The notes under the pieces: generated by a model
Databases searched by the model: none
What the model saw: the letters and a program-made list of their open reading frames with translations, nothing else
What the model was told of the DNA's origin: nothing
Program-made: the position numbers and the translations under genes
Shown here: piece by piece, positions 28,470 to 42,269 of the stretch
Layout: each line of letters opens with the position of its first letter
Position numbering within the stretch: position 1 is the stretch's first letter
Origin: Octopus vulgaris
Taxonomy: Eukaryota
Assembly (NCBI GenBank): GCA_951406725.2
Contig: OX597825.1
Coordinates: 37,944,001 to 38,008,000 of the forward strand
Direction of reading: 5' to 3'
Length of the DNA: 64,000 nucleotides

Positions 28470-30240
28470 ATGCATAGAAGACGTTCGACCGTGTGTCTCA
28501 CACATGGACGATAGAATCACTACACCTTGCCAAATTACCAGATGCAATAGTGAATACCATTGAAAACTGACCCCACATGTAGAGTGATAACTCTACAGAA
28601 TTATCACTGACAACTGTTAAAGTAATTATTAATGTTACAAACAGTATTAACCTATCAACGGACAGTGAAACTCTCGTCAGTTAACAAAATGCCAAGTTTA
28701 TGTGCTGAGATATGCCAAAAATGATAATTTTAATGTCATCCTAAGATTCTTTGTTGATGAATTAGTTATATTCTGGTAACAGGCTCAACAGTAAGAGACA
28801 ATTAGAACTAGTTACAACATTTTCATGAGACGTGGGTATGGAGTTTGGGCAAAATAAATGCTCATACATGAGAGTCAACAGACGAAATATTGTAAACCAG
28901 AGAACTTGTACATCAATCATTTGTCGATCCCTCCTATCTACAAGCTTCTCGAAACCGATGAGAAAGCTGCATGCGTTGATACTGTAGCCAGAGCCATAAG
29001 AACAAAAAAAAACTTCTGTAGACTAAGGAAAATATGGAACTCAGAGCTGTATTTAATAAAACCATATCGGACAATGCTTTTGTAGTGCTAGTCCTAGAAA
29101 CAATATTGGGAATATTGGACTCGACGCACAACGAAGCAGATATCAGGAGCAGGTAGGTACTGATCACCACTGGCAACTTCCACATTAACACGACTGATAA
29201 TATCTATGTGAGATGAAGCGAAGGTGGTAGTGGCATATGTTCAGTTCAAATAACATTCCAAAGTCGCCTTGTATCCCTCTGACAACACATGCTGTGCAGT
29301 AAAGAAAGAAATGAGTACATTCCATAAATATCAAAAAGTGTGAACAACAACATTTTCAGAGTTGAAGAACTACTGTGCAGGTACTCTGATAATATAATTG
29401 CCTCATGTGACCCAACGGAACTTAAACAGGAGCTGGGGAGAAAATGACATCATACCAGCAAAAAGCAATGCACGGGTACGCATCCCGTAAGCTGGAGGGC
29501 AACAACAGCATTGACAGGAAGAGTAGCCTCTCGTGGACCTGCGATAGATACATTATATCCCACCAACAAGGATATGCCTTCGCGGTCCAGCAACTGGCGA
29601 TAGCTACTAAATATCTGATAAGCAACAGCAACAAAGATAGCACGAATGCTCCACGTAGTGCTAAAAAGTGTCGGCTCTATTATACCAGTTTTATACCACA
29701 ACAGTTACCCCAAAATGTCTACGAAATACTACCTATCCCTGAGACATGATATAGTTACAAGGACTATTTAGAATGCTATCGAAAAGAAGGGTTGCTCTGG
29801 CGTATACATCAAAGGTATGTCAGGACCGGAATACGTTCATACCTTTAAAAACAAATACTGGTGAAAGCTCAATGAAAGCAGCTATCGGTGTAAACATAAT
29901 GGAACTGATATTGTTCTGTGGACAGGGAGAAAAGTTAAGTACACTTGTATAAGTCTGCTACACAGCATATGTAAGTGTACAATCATAAGTCCAAGAAAAA
30001 GAGAATATTTATGCCGAATTAATGTGGAAATTACAGCTATTAATTGTTAGCTGTGTAACTGTCATTATGGGAGCATTATGTTATGCACCAAGAAACTTTC
30101 ATGAAATTTATAAAGAAATTTATGTAGAAATATCAGGGTTTTCAAAGGAAGAGCAAAGAAATCTGAAGTGAATTCTCCAAACCCAGTCTGTTTGTTACTG
30201 GTAGCGTGAAGACTGGCAATACATTCCAAAACTTATCCAT
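28470..30240 (+). mobile_element. Degenerate R4/Dong-like LINE (RT, CCHC and RLE remnants)
   Basis: FDRVSHTWTIESLHLAKLP, FVDEL, GMEFGQNKC, RLRKIWNSELY, EGGSG, MHGY, GYAFAVQQLAIATKYL, KKCRL, TDIVLW, EKENIYAELMWKLQLL, IMGALCY. Confidence 0.85.
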
Positions 30241-31354
30241 CTGAGATTCTTTTAATGACAAGATGCATACATCGGCAGCTCAACCAGACCCACATCAACT
30301 CAACCACATATTTACAAAACACCGGGAAATCTAGGGGCGTGTTTTTGCTTCTGTGAGTTGATGGATTTTTTCCTAACTTTACAGGCGGAAGGGACGAACC
30401 TACGCTATATAAATTAATCTTTCCGAAAGTACGCGCAAATAATCGTACTATAGACATGTTGTGATGAAGTGAAATTCTCAACTACGCAAACGTGTATGCA
30501 ATACAAATAATTCCATACAGATATTATGTGGGAAAATAAAATGGAAACAGGGAGAGATAATTAATCATATTTAGCAAAATATTTTCTTATTGCTTATGGA
30601 AAGAACCTCCAGGAATAATTTCTTCGTTTATAATCCCAAACAATTCCTATTTGTTGATCTTGCCGTTTTAATCCGAACTAAATCCTATAACCTGCCATTT
30701 TACAAATCATTTCAAGACTTCAGTTATGAAAACAAAACTATTCATAATAAATTTTATTGAATTAGATAAAAGGAAAATGCCAAAAAGGTTCTGCTGTTTA
30801 AATTCGTTTCCGAGCAACTGAATGTAATTGTTTCCGTACATGTTAGGCAGGATTACGATTTAGTTCTATTCATCATTGATTCTAACTTCTATAGCTTAAG
30901 ATATTGAATCAGGAAAAATGAATGATGCTTAAATGCTGATTTACAGTCAACCATATTTGTATAATACCGACCAATTTAATGTGCAGACGCAACAGATTGA
31001 CGTTATAAATTTATATTTATATAATTTATATAAATATTGTTAAATAACAGCAATTTATATATATATATAGTATGCATATTACAACAAAAAAAAATTAATT
31101 CTACCAGAGGTTTCTGTCCCAAATAAAATTTTTAGTCGTAATAATTACTGCTTTATTCTCTAGAGTGTGCTTCTTTTCTGATATATGTTTTATTGACTAT
31201 AAATCTCAGACATTTCAATTTAGGAGGGAATTTAATAAAAATGATTTTAAAAATTATATAAAGAAAATATTACCTGTTCCAATATATCTCACTTTGTCAA
31301 ATATTATTAAAAGAAACAACACTTTATCTTCTGTCGGGAGAGCAAGAACATGTT

Positions 31355-31403
<49 letters not shown>

Positions 31404-31481
31404 ATAAATATTAGGGAATAAATCCAAATTTACAGGGAAAAAATCAGATTTAGGATTAAATCCAATTTTATAGTAAAATAT

Positions 31482-31625
31482 TATATAATATTAATTAGAG
31501 ACAAAACCACTATTTTGCAAAACAAACAAGGAAAGACTTAATCAATACATAAAATTTTATTAAAATTTTATGTATTGATTAAGTCTTTCCTTGTTTGTTT
31601 TGCAAAATAGTGGTTTTGTCTCTAA

Positions 31626-31638
<13 letters not shown>
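31482..31638. repeat. Perfect palindrome: 78-bp arms with a 1-nt centre (31560)
   Basis: 31482-31559 is the exact reverse complement of 31561-31638. Confidence 0.95.
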
Positions 31639-31684
<46 letters not shown>

Positions 31685-32979
31685 CATATGTGTGTGTGTA
31701 TGTATGTATAGATAGATAGGTAACCGTAATTAACAATGAAATCCTTAGTACTTGTTTTACGAATTCGCAAAAGCATTAAATTCTTTTGAAAATGAATTAG
31801 CGTGGTTCAAATAAATAACACAATGCATTATTTATGGGTATAAGTAACAAGAAAATTTAGTAGCCCCTCTCATTGAAGTCCAGAATCACTAGCCCTCTGT
31901 CGAACTCTCTTTTATGATGCGGCTTTTATTAGTTGATATAAAGCGTTTTATTTCTCTTCTAGACGAAACTTGTGCATTTAATTGTCTACCAAGCCTCCTT
32001 GTCCAGTTAGGTAACTAATTCGAGCATTTTTATTTTGACTGACAAAAATACGTTGGCTTATATTTAGTCGCCATTGTTCAATAGGTATGTAATTGATCGA
32101 CACTCTGAGGAGCTGCATTACGGAAGAGCAGATAGTTACGACTAGAAAGGGAAGCATTGAGGTATCCTATGTCATTAAATCAACCAACCAGTGAAAAACA
32201 TCACTCCATTGCTTTTTGCCATTATCAACTGCCTTAAACCGATCAATAAGATATATTAGAAATAAATGTTAGAATAAATAGGAAAAATAGAGACTGAGAG
32301 TATTCCACAGGCAAATGACTTGCGACAATCACTTAAATATAAGCACACAATTCATTAAAGAAAAAATCTGAGACTGCCTTTCTGCACGTTATATTTGTAC
32401 AACTACTGCAAAGAAAACAATAACATCATGGAATGGAGTGAAAAGAAATGGACAGTAAAATATAAAACTACAAGTAATTCAAGAAGCTATAGGTAAACAA
32501 ACCTTCAGATAAGATGGAAATAATTCGAGATGCGTTTAACATTGCATTAATGCGAAAACCATGTGTTATATAAAAAACAAAAAAATGACGGAAAGCTTCG
32601 TGTATACCAGTCAGTGACAGCTGGTGAATAGAAGTCATTTTGAGCATGAATTCAACAACTTATAAAACACACAGGGATCTGAAAATGTGTAACGTGCACA
32701 GGTTTATAGAAATGAATTGGGAATAGACGAAAATGCAACATGGGACTCAAACAGACATCATTAACACAATGTCATGATAATCTAAAGTATAACTTTCTTA
32801 CGTGAGGATACAGGGAATGCCATCACAAAAGGCTAATACTAATTGCACAAAATACCAATAAAAACAAATAATAGCAGCAGCTGTTAGAACAACAGCTGCT
32901 TCAAATACTACTACTGCGACTACTAAATGTAATATTACTACTAGCACTGACAATTAGTAGTATTACAATAATTATTCAT

Positions 32980-33168
32980 ACTAAAGGCATAAAGCCTGAA
33001 ATTTGGTTGGATCGATTACATCTGTTTCACTGTAATTAATTTATCGACCCCGAAAGGATGAAAGGCAAAGTAGACCTCGGCGGTATTTGAATTCAGAACC
33101 TAAGAACGGGAGGAATATCACTAAGCATTTCGTTTGGCGTGCTATCGATTCTACCAACTCATCGCCTT
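32980..33168 (-). mobile_element. SINE family B
   Basis: Reverse complement reads AAGGCGATGAGTTGGTAGAATCG..GTTCTGAATTCAAATACCGCCGAGGTCTACTTTGCCTTTCATCCTTTCGGGGTCGATAAATTAA. Confidence 0.85.
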
Positions 33169-33965
33169 CAGGTAGTATTACAATAATATTATTTTTTACA
33201 ATAATGATAATAATAGTAACGCAAATAAGGCCTTGTTTTATAAAGGCATGGAAATTACAAAACAGATTCGAGACAAAAATAAATCATATATCAGAGCAGG
33301 CCAGAGCAATATGTGAAATATAGGATTTGTCAGTTATTGTAACTAAAAAAAGAAAAAAATGAAAAAGGAAAAAAACTATTATCAGGAGGATATTATATCA
33401 CAAGAATGGGAATGAAGACACAGAACGAAAATCTAAAATAACATTAAAAGAACAAAATCAAATAAAAAACATTAAACAATAGAAAAAATTACTAAATTCG
33501 TAGCAATATTGACGGACGACAAAGACAACTGTCAAGAAATTGAATCAATTCATAGGAAAGTACAATGCAATGCATGATCAATCCTGATTAAACGAAAAAA
33601 GAAAAAAATATTATGTTTAGCAGATTATAGAATGTTATCAAAAGAGATAGCAGAATGTTCTACTCAACAAGATGTCCATCAATCCCTAGTGAAGTTTATC
33701 CCAGATGAATAGTATCAAATAATAATCTGATAGCCAGCGAATTAGATGAATGTTTCCAGAGAAGTGGAGATCAAAACTGATGTGCTATCAACCCACTGCT
33801 TGAATAGAAGAAAATAATATAAAAAAATAACGGAAAAAGAAAAAAGAAAAGAAAATAGGTTGCAGAGGACGAAATGAATTGAATGTAGAATTTGAATACG
33901 TTGCCAACTGAGGGATCACCATTCAAACGAATCCTCGGCATATGTACATATACTCACACAGACAT

Positions 33966-34002
<37 letters not shown>

Positions 34003-34199
34003 TACACACGCAGACAAAAACGCACGCACTCAGGCTTACGCACACGCACACACAAATAAAAAATCAATGCCTGACTGCTTAATAGAAAAATAAATGTTGT
34101 ATTGCCGCTAAATTTATAAAAAGTGAGGAGACTCATGTGCAACAACGGTGACGACCTTCGAACCCGTATTTTAGATGTGAATGCTTTATGCAATACATA

Positions 34200-34395
34200 A
34201 TCATTTCTGATTTAGGAAAACGATTTGCAATTTTGAGATAAGAGACTTATTCGATTACATCGTCCCCACTATTTGATTGTTACTTTAGTTTATCGATCTC
34301 AAAACGATGAATGGCACAGTTGACCTCGGCAAGATTTCAATTGAGAAAAAAAGTTTCAAAACAAGTAACACCAATCAGTTTTCTTGGCATTACAT
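34200..34395 (-). mobile_element. SINE family B (diverged)
   Basis: TCGATTACATCG..TTTATCGA..GATGAATGGCACAGTTGACCTCGGC. Confidence 0.65.
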
Positions 34396-34659
34396 CTAAT
34401 CTAGTAGCTGACGGACTTGTGCGACATCTAATATTTTAAGGGGTAAAGCAACGTGCACTGAAGTATACGTAGCGCAGCTGCCTTTAACAAAAATAAGTCA
34501 GATGCTATATGTGTGTGATGATGGCAACCATTGTGTATTCTACGGATGTAGAAATAGACACTTTAATACATATCTCTTGAAATAAGTTTCGGATTAGACA
34601 GCAGAAATAGCACTGTTGAAGATGCAAATTTTATTTACCTTAGTCTTTGGGTCACTCGT

Positions 34660-34729
34660 GTGACGACACGAGGGTGAATCAAAAGAATTGAAGCATTGCT
34701 ATACGTTCTAACTCATCCTCGTGCGTCAC
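34660..34729. other. ~70-nt imperfect hairpin
   Basis: GTGACG-A-CACGAGGGTGA pairs with TCATCCTCGTG-CGTCAC. Confidence 0.55.
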
Positions 34730-35759
34730 GTTAGTTCTAGTGGGAAAACAGAAAGTGAAGTTCTTCGCCTGAGAAATTCCCTCCAGAGTAAAACGATAAG
34801 TCTGTAAACAGACTTTTGCTGAGCTAAAAACAGCAGCTTCTGGCTTTTTTTACGCGACACTTAGGTTAAGTATTTGATATAGATAAAGAATACTGGGAAT
34901 TTATATTGAAGCCTAGATGACAGATGTGGGCTATCAAGATATGGTTTAGAGAAGGGCAGTTTATAAGTAGTTATAAATATAAAAATGATATTTCTAATAT
35001 TTATAAATGTTAAATAAGAAAATATATTTGGTACTTTAAAAAATTCGAAGATTTAAGGACTGCAGAACGAATAATAACATTTGTCCCAGGTTAAATATCT
35101 AACGCTACCGACGATCCTTCCGTTATACATACACACATACATGCACACACACACACGCACGAACACACACACAAATACACAAACACACATCATACACATA
35201 CATGCCGTTATAACTATATATTTGTTTTATTTAAATAGGTATATATAAGTTTATATATGTACTCACGAGTTAGTTTAAGTAGTAAAATGTTAACATGTTT
35301 TCTTTATTGTACGACATATTGGTACCGTGACTCTTTCTCTATAGATATTTTTCTTCCCAAGCTATGCCTTTTCTCCATCGCAAAATTTCTTCGAAACCAA
35401 AACAAATGAGCGAATATTTATACTTACTTTTACCCAGTAAATATCAAAGCATCTGAAAGATTAAATCGTTGTCCCTAAAGACTGTACTTCACTGTACGGA
35501 ACAAGTAGTAGTCGGAGGAAACTACATCCGTGCAATATACTAGTTTAGAAAGCAAAGACTAGTTCAGTTTTTCGATTCTGGATTTGCAGGATTTGTTGCC
35601 ATAGATGGGTGAAGCATTGTTAAGGCGAATATAATTTGTTTACTTATCTTTCTTCTAATGGTTTTTCTTGGCTTTTTCAAGGTTGAATTTACATCTGTCT
35701 GTTTACAGAAAATAAAGGAGAATGACACTCTTGACATGTAGCGAAAACTGTCATCGTGG

Positions 35760-36070
35760 CTGTCTCGAACCGATCACCAATTCGAATTGGGCGTAAACTG
35801 CCAGAGCAACAACCCTGCACACCTATCCCGAGGTTTCAACCATATACTGTATTTATTACGAGCATGGTTTGTTTATGTCATTAGCTCACGAATTCTATCA
35901 GGGGTATCCACACAAATTAGTTCGTCCGCTTGCAAGGCAATCTTGTCAGTGGTCGCAGTTGATGCACCCCTGTCTGTTCTTTGTCTTCAATGATAGTTTT
36001 CTTACTTTAATCGTCTTCCATTTGTGCTCCACCGGTAGATTTCTGTGCATATCGGAATGGTTGCAAACTA
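35760..36070 (-). mobile_element. Degenerate mariner transposase N-terminal fragment
   Basis: IEDKEQTG-ASTATTDKIALQADELICVD (~EDEERSGRPSTATTDE..VDELI), then an LG-R-VC-like motif. Confidence 0.5.
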
Positions 36071-38109
36071 ACAGTAATAATTTATATATTTGAACCTAAA
36101 CTTATTCCATATTTTTAAAACATATTTGAACTGGGACCTTCCAACTCCAAACTTATTTTACTTATTTACTATCTATAACTCTATCTTTAAACCTACTTTT
36201 ATCCCGTTATTTTGATGTTTAGATCGTAGTTAGTCGTCCACTTTCGAACTGATGCATTATAAATCCATTTCCGCTGTTAGTATCATCTTATTTTTGGAGG
36301 TTAGATTTGAGACAGTGTACTATGTACTAGATTATATTACTCAATGTATTTATGGTATATTTTATTAGAGTATTGTGAAATTGGATAGGAACTTGGATTT
36401 TATTGCTTGCAGGTTGAATTTCTAATACGTGTTTTTCAAGGGATATTCTTATAAATCATTTATAAATCAGTATTTTTTCGGCAAGGCTATACTTTAAAAC
36501 TATATGAGTGCAAAACACGACATATACACAAGTTGATGGTAAAACTCAATTTTAACTATGTCTTCTCTTCCGGGGATTAATTAACTTTAGAGAAACATGC
36601 AAACAATCAAAGTGGTGATTCCAATAATATCGAAAATATCTAACTAATGAACATATTTATTTTGTCACTAAAAACAAATATTTCGCAATTATAAAAAAAA
36701 ATATCATGAAAATGTTCATTAAGAAGAAATATCCCCCCTACGGATATAATTTTAGAAAAATCGATATTTTGAAAATAAGACGAACAAGTAGGGCTAATGT
36801 CCATATGAAGACTTCGCATGACAATCCGTTAGGAGAAAAATATTTGACCTAGTCTTAAGCAAAATATTTATAGAAGAGAAGAAAGCGAAGTTGTTTCTAC
36901 TTCTATGGGCAGAATAATATTCTTAACATCGTATATCCAAGTACAATATAAATATATTGCATTGTGATATACTTATGCCCTGGAATTTGCTTGGGATGGA
37001 TTTGATTTTATATGATATATAGCTCTTCCAAATAACTTGTAATATATCTGCACTAGCAAAGGAATGTAATATATTTTGATTTATAACCACTGTGAACAGT
37101 TTTATTTATAAAGCTCCAGTAATTTTCCTGGTACCATAGAAGATATTTTCGTAATTCATAGTGTACACTGCCGACTGGACAACAAAGAACCAACTCACCA
37201 ACGGCTCGGAGTCAATTCAAAAAAAGAGAAAACAAATAGAAATATCACGTAAGCGATTCTGGAGGCAGACTAATTGAACAGCATGTTTTCAATGTTTCTC
37301 AAGGAAGAGCACGTACGTATCTTAGGGTCCGGTTTGGCCGCACCACTACTCTTTTATTCAATATTTCTATGACTTGTCTGTCGTTACTCCCAACAACACC
37401 ATTTGTTGATATAATCATTGATGGTTTTCTAACCTTCAACACCCAATATTGATCCACATATAGACACTACCTCACGGCAGTTTTGCACACACACCATGTA
37501 AAAAGGTCTTCATAACATTCTTCGCCGTTTCATGCCAATTACATTTACTCCACGAAATATCGAATCTAAATCAATGTAGCAATCGAAAATCAAGAAAATA
37601 TTACTGCAGCCTGTCTCAAGCTATATATGTGTCGCCATAGACTAGATTATTCTAGGTGGCAACAAATGTTAGGTCATAGCATTATGATGTATTTTGGTGA
37701 ACGTACTTCCTCAATAATAAAACGTCTGCATGATAAAAAATGCTCTTCTTTATCCTTTATTAAAAATAGTTGAACTATTACACTTCTTCATGTTTCAGGT
37801 TACAGCCACAATGTATAAGTGCTGCTCTCTTTAGGGCGATACGCTTCTGCCTTTGTAGTCATTCTAGATTGCATTTGGCATGGACACGGTCGCTATTATG
37901 ATTTAATCTAATATCCTTCTGTTTTCTCACTCTATCTACCAATTCATTCCTATATCTCTACCAGTCTCACGTCGGTATTTGTTCCGGGATTTAGCCCGAC
38001 TCGTTCCAATTACGTTAGGCGCTCCCAATTCACTATTTTATTTTGTCAATAATAATATATAAACCACAAATGCCCAAATAGTTTTACTAAACTCGTTCAT
38101 TACTTTTCA

Positions 38110-38350
38110 GAATTTTCACCCGCTACAAATCTCCAACTGTACAGTTTTGCTTGCAGATATCGACCTACAACTGTTAAAGAGTTTTTGGAAAAGTATTGAT
38201 CTTAACTGCCACAGAGAGCTAGCGTTGTCGAAGGACCCTCTTCGAAACCAAAACGATAAAACAAACATGCGGACTCTTACTAATAATAAACATTTCACAT
38301 CCCAGTTATAAAATCAGGAACAACTAAATCCTTCCCTTGTAAGTGAAAAT
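38110..38350 (-). mobile_element. Possible mariner fragment
   Basis: VRVR..WFRRGSFDNA resembles the mariner HTH WFxRFRSGNFD. Confidence 0.3.
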
Positions 38351-39257
38351 CCCTTAACTTATTATAATAGTTAAGTGACAGTATTTCGTTCGGTGGTAAA
38401 TGTTGATAAAAAGGACGTCCATAAACGGTTTAACAGAAATATCCAATGAAAAATTTAAAACTTTATATTATTCTATACATTGAATTATATACGATTATGA
38501 GATCTATTGTCATCTGTCTCATCTGTCTCGATACTGCTAGTTAAAGTAGCTGTCGAATATTTGCCATGAACACTTTGCAATGAGTGTATATAAGCAACCT
38601 CGCTGCAAGCTGCTATTATGGCAGCCAGTCTCGTGACCATTCGCATAATCGTTTATAGTATATATTGATTTCTCTATAAATATGTAGAACAAGAGCTATT
38701 ATATCAGACGCTTTTGGCGAAGATATAAGCTTGCTATCTCTTTGAGTCTACTTCTAGTTATGGACAGCATAAAGTTACAAGTGCCACAAAATCTCATGAA
38801 GGCTTACATATAAATTGGGTTAATCTATATAAATACATGTATCGAAGTGTGGTTAATCGAATACAGTTGATAAGCTTACAGAATGAGGTATAGTGCATGA
38901 TTCTAAATACGCATCACTTTAGTTATTGATTTTAATGGTTTCGAGAGGTCTATAATTTTCATTGATTCCTACAATGTCTCAGAAAGAGGAGCCAGCAAAG
39001 AGGCTTTGTAAATTGTTGCTTAACCCGGTAGAGTTAATAATTAAATACTGATAATGATTCAACCTTTCGTCTAATATGCTTAAAAATACGATACACGTCT
39101 TAGAATTAAAACACCATTTAAAAAAACATGTTGACTGGGCAAAGGTTTGGACTGAGAATCACGTTGTCCGATTCTCCATGAAATATGAAAACAAAATCAC
39201 TCGAAGTACAAATTTTAGAATGTCCTACATTGTAAAGTTTTCTAATACAGAAAACGA

Positions 39258-39403
39258 AAGCGTGGCTTTGTGCTTCCCAACCACATAGTCTGGGATTCAG
39301 TCCCACTGTGTGGCACCTTGGGTAGGTGTTTTTTTTTTACTATAGCCTCGGGCCGACCAAAGCCTTGTGAGTGGATTTGGTAGACAGAAACTGAAAGATG
39401 ATC

Positions 39404-39462
<59 letters not shown>

Positions 39463-39693
39463 GTGTGTGTGTGTGTATGTATGTATGTGTGTGTGTGTGT
39501 CAGTGACTTTGTGTCTGTGTTTGTCCTCCACCATCACTTGACAACCGATGTTGATGTGTTTACGTACCGGAAAGAGACCGGAAGAATAAGTACTAGGTTT
39601 ACAATAAATAAGTCCTGGGGTCGATTTCTCCAACTAAAGTTGGTGCTCCAGCATGGCTAATGTCGAAAGAATGAAGCGTGTAAAAGAGTAAAA
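39258..39693 (+). mobile_element. SINE family A, near full length
   Basis: TTCAGTCCCACTGTGTGGCACCTTGGG, TATAGCCTCGGGCCGACCAAAGCCTTGTGAGTGGATTTGGTAGAC, GGTGCTCCAGCATGGC, GTAAAAGAGTAAAA tail. Confidence 0.9.
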
Positions 39694-40008
39694 TGAACTG
39701 CAACAAAGCGTTACGTGAATATGAAAACCTTTCTTGAACCATGTCAATAAAAATAATTACGAAAAAACAGTGCAATTAATGATATAATATCCACAAAGAA
39801 TGCGTGTAAAATATAGTAAAATAGATCAGTGCATATTGTAAGATTATCCAACCTATACACTTATGACAAAGACAACAGCACATGTAACGATGCAACTAAG
39901 CTGCGGGGTATTGAACCAGCTCATTTGTACTAGTGAGAAGGTTTAGTTTAAGAGTAGCTATAGTAAAAGTTAGTTCTATAGTTAGTTGTTATGTCTTAGA
40001 AGTCGTTG

Positions 40009-40361
40009 CAATGAAACACTACATCACTGCTTTAATGAATACAATTAAGATTATTACCATTTGTAATGAGAAGGCGCAGCTACATGAAATGTAATTCCTG
40101 TTGTAGCTGTAATGAAACATACAACTCCAATGATAATTGCAATGAAAGAGCTCCTTGGTGGTTTAAATAACATAGATAGTTGTTGGTATTAATGACATAG
40201 TTAGGTGACAATTTTAATGACAAAGTTATATTAGGGTTGAAATGAAACACTTCTATATTAGTTATAATGATATCTTAGAAGCCCTTGTAATGAGACAATT
40301 CTGCGACATTTTAATTGAGAAATTCCTTGACGCTTTTAATGATAAAACTTAATGGTAATTT
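40009..40361. repeat. Highly diverged ~25-bp tandem array with a conserved AATGA core
   Basis: AATGA/AATAA/ATTGA at 40141, 40166, 40191, 40216, 40241, 40266, 40289, 40314, 40338 (also 40010, 40034, 40065, 40111). Confidence 0.7.
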
Positions 40362-41479
40362 TAAGTTTACTTATGGCTCAACGGACAAAATTGTGGTAAA
40401 TTTTATGAAAGATGTCAGTGTTGCTTGTAGCCAACTAACTTTTCTTCAAACATTGTTGGCTGTTTAGAAACAAATCAGCGTTGTTGAAAGATTCTAAAAT
40501 TCTAACTTCCTTTCAAGGTTCACTTCTATCTGAATAACTACAATGGCTATTTTCTTAAAACACACCTATCAGCCTTAATTCACCCAGCCAAATCTGGTGT
40601 CAGGCTTGTTAGCAAATTATTTACATAAGTCTATTTCAATTGTTAAGGATAAGCTTTAACTTTATCGTTGAACCACAACGCAGACTTAATCAATTAACCA
40701 GACTTAATCAGGCTTAATCACTTCCTGCAAATTGAATGTAACACTTCCTTTCTTATAATTTGAAATAATCAAACATTCATACTTCTGTTTCCTCCAATTC
40801 TGTTGTATTTACAAGGAAATTGAGACTTCAGTCTTGTTTTGAGAGAAATATTATACTAACACCTATCCCCTTCGACAATAGCTTGTCGTGTACGAAGGAT
40901 TACGTTGGTATTATGATGGGACCTTCAGGCTCTGTACTTGCTATGGAACTTGACATATTTCTACTGTGTCAACACAAATTTTCCTGAAATCGGAGGGGGT
41001 TTCTTGGGGATGATGCTTTACTTAGTTATCGGGTAATATAAATATGATATAGAACATACATAGGAAATTTTCTATAGATGTGTCAGTAATTACAAATTAT
41101 CTGTTAACTCCAACACGAGAATAAAATGGTTATCCCATTCATATTCCTTTCACAAAAACAGTGACGGCCGCTAAAATATTCGTCTCATAAAACCAGTAAA
41201 TGCTTCCAATTTATGAACAGGAGCTTTGGCTTCATGCGAAATGATTTGGGATATTTTTGCCTATTTGCCGTGTATAATAATTATATCTTTAGTATTCATG
41301 TAAGCCTAATAGGCATTATAATCACTCAATATTTAAAATAACGGTAAAGGTTATTTGCATCATGGAATACGAATGAATACATACACACAGGAACACACAT
41401 ACACACACAACACACAGACGCACATGCACACATACATGCACGCTCGCACACACATACGTGCACAGACATGGGCTTAAGT

Positions 41480-42232
41480 CTTCTTTTATCATAAACAGCC
41501 TGATTTGTTATTGATATGCCACCAGCATTGGAGAGCATAAATATGATAGCTGCAGTTGCGAAAATGGTGGCTGACATGGAGGATTGGAAGCTGTCGGAAT
41601 GTCGGGAAAGATTTACCTGTTTTATGACGATTCGCACAGGGTAGTGAAATGCTGAGATCCTGACTGCTGCTCAATACTCTGTCAGCAATGTAAAGGCTGT
41701 AAAATATGGCACAGGCTCCTGCAACGGTAACTACGATGACTAGCAAGAAGGGACCCTGTCGGAATACATCACCACGCATTTGATCAGAGTCAAGAGCAAA
41801 TTGAAACAGTTATGAAATGCTTCTGGTGATTGTGGTCAATCTCTGATTGGAGACGTTTGCTGCTGGAAGGCAGGTAAGAATGGCAGAAGGATTCTCTACG
41901 TTGGCTTCGGAGTTAGGGGTGATCGTTGGAGAATTTCTACGAATTCACCAGCCTCAATTGCCTAATTGCAATTTATAAAATAATAACATCTAGGGCGTGA
42001 TTCAGTAAGTCCCCAAATGCCCTGCCTGCATGAACAAGGTTGATGAAAGATATGTTTCAAGATTCTCCCATGCGTGGGTCAGAGTGAACAACGAATGCGC
42101 CGGTTTGGAGTCATCTTTAGGTCGTGGTGGAAATTGATGGCTGTTATTGGTAGTGAAATTTTAATTCTGAGTCATAATGTAGCTGATTTTTCTGAAATAT
42201 CATTTAGTGATGGGCACATTATTTTCTTTTCC
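41480..42232 (-). mobile_element. Penelope-like fragment: GIY-YIG end, pLTR with decayed hammerhead, ORF start
   Basis: MCPSLNDISEKSATL* (~RPSLNxQEKS), CCTAAAGATGACTCCAAACCGG (42123-42098), then FGDLLNH..IRQL N-terminus-like sequence. Confidence 0.55.
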
Positions 42233-42233
42233 G

Positions 42234-42269
<36 letters not shown>

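Noticed and set aside
32000-33900. Possible RTE/LINE remnants
   Set aside because: Motif similarity too weak to call by eye
40009-40361. CRISPR-like repeat-spacer appearance
   Set aside because: Conserved part is only ~5-6 nt, spacers are related to each other, eukaryotic context, no cas genes
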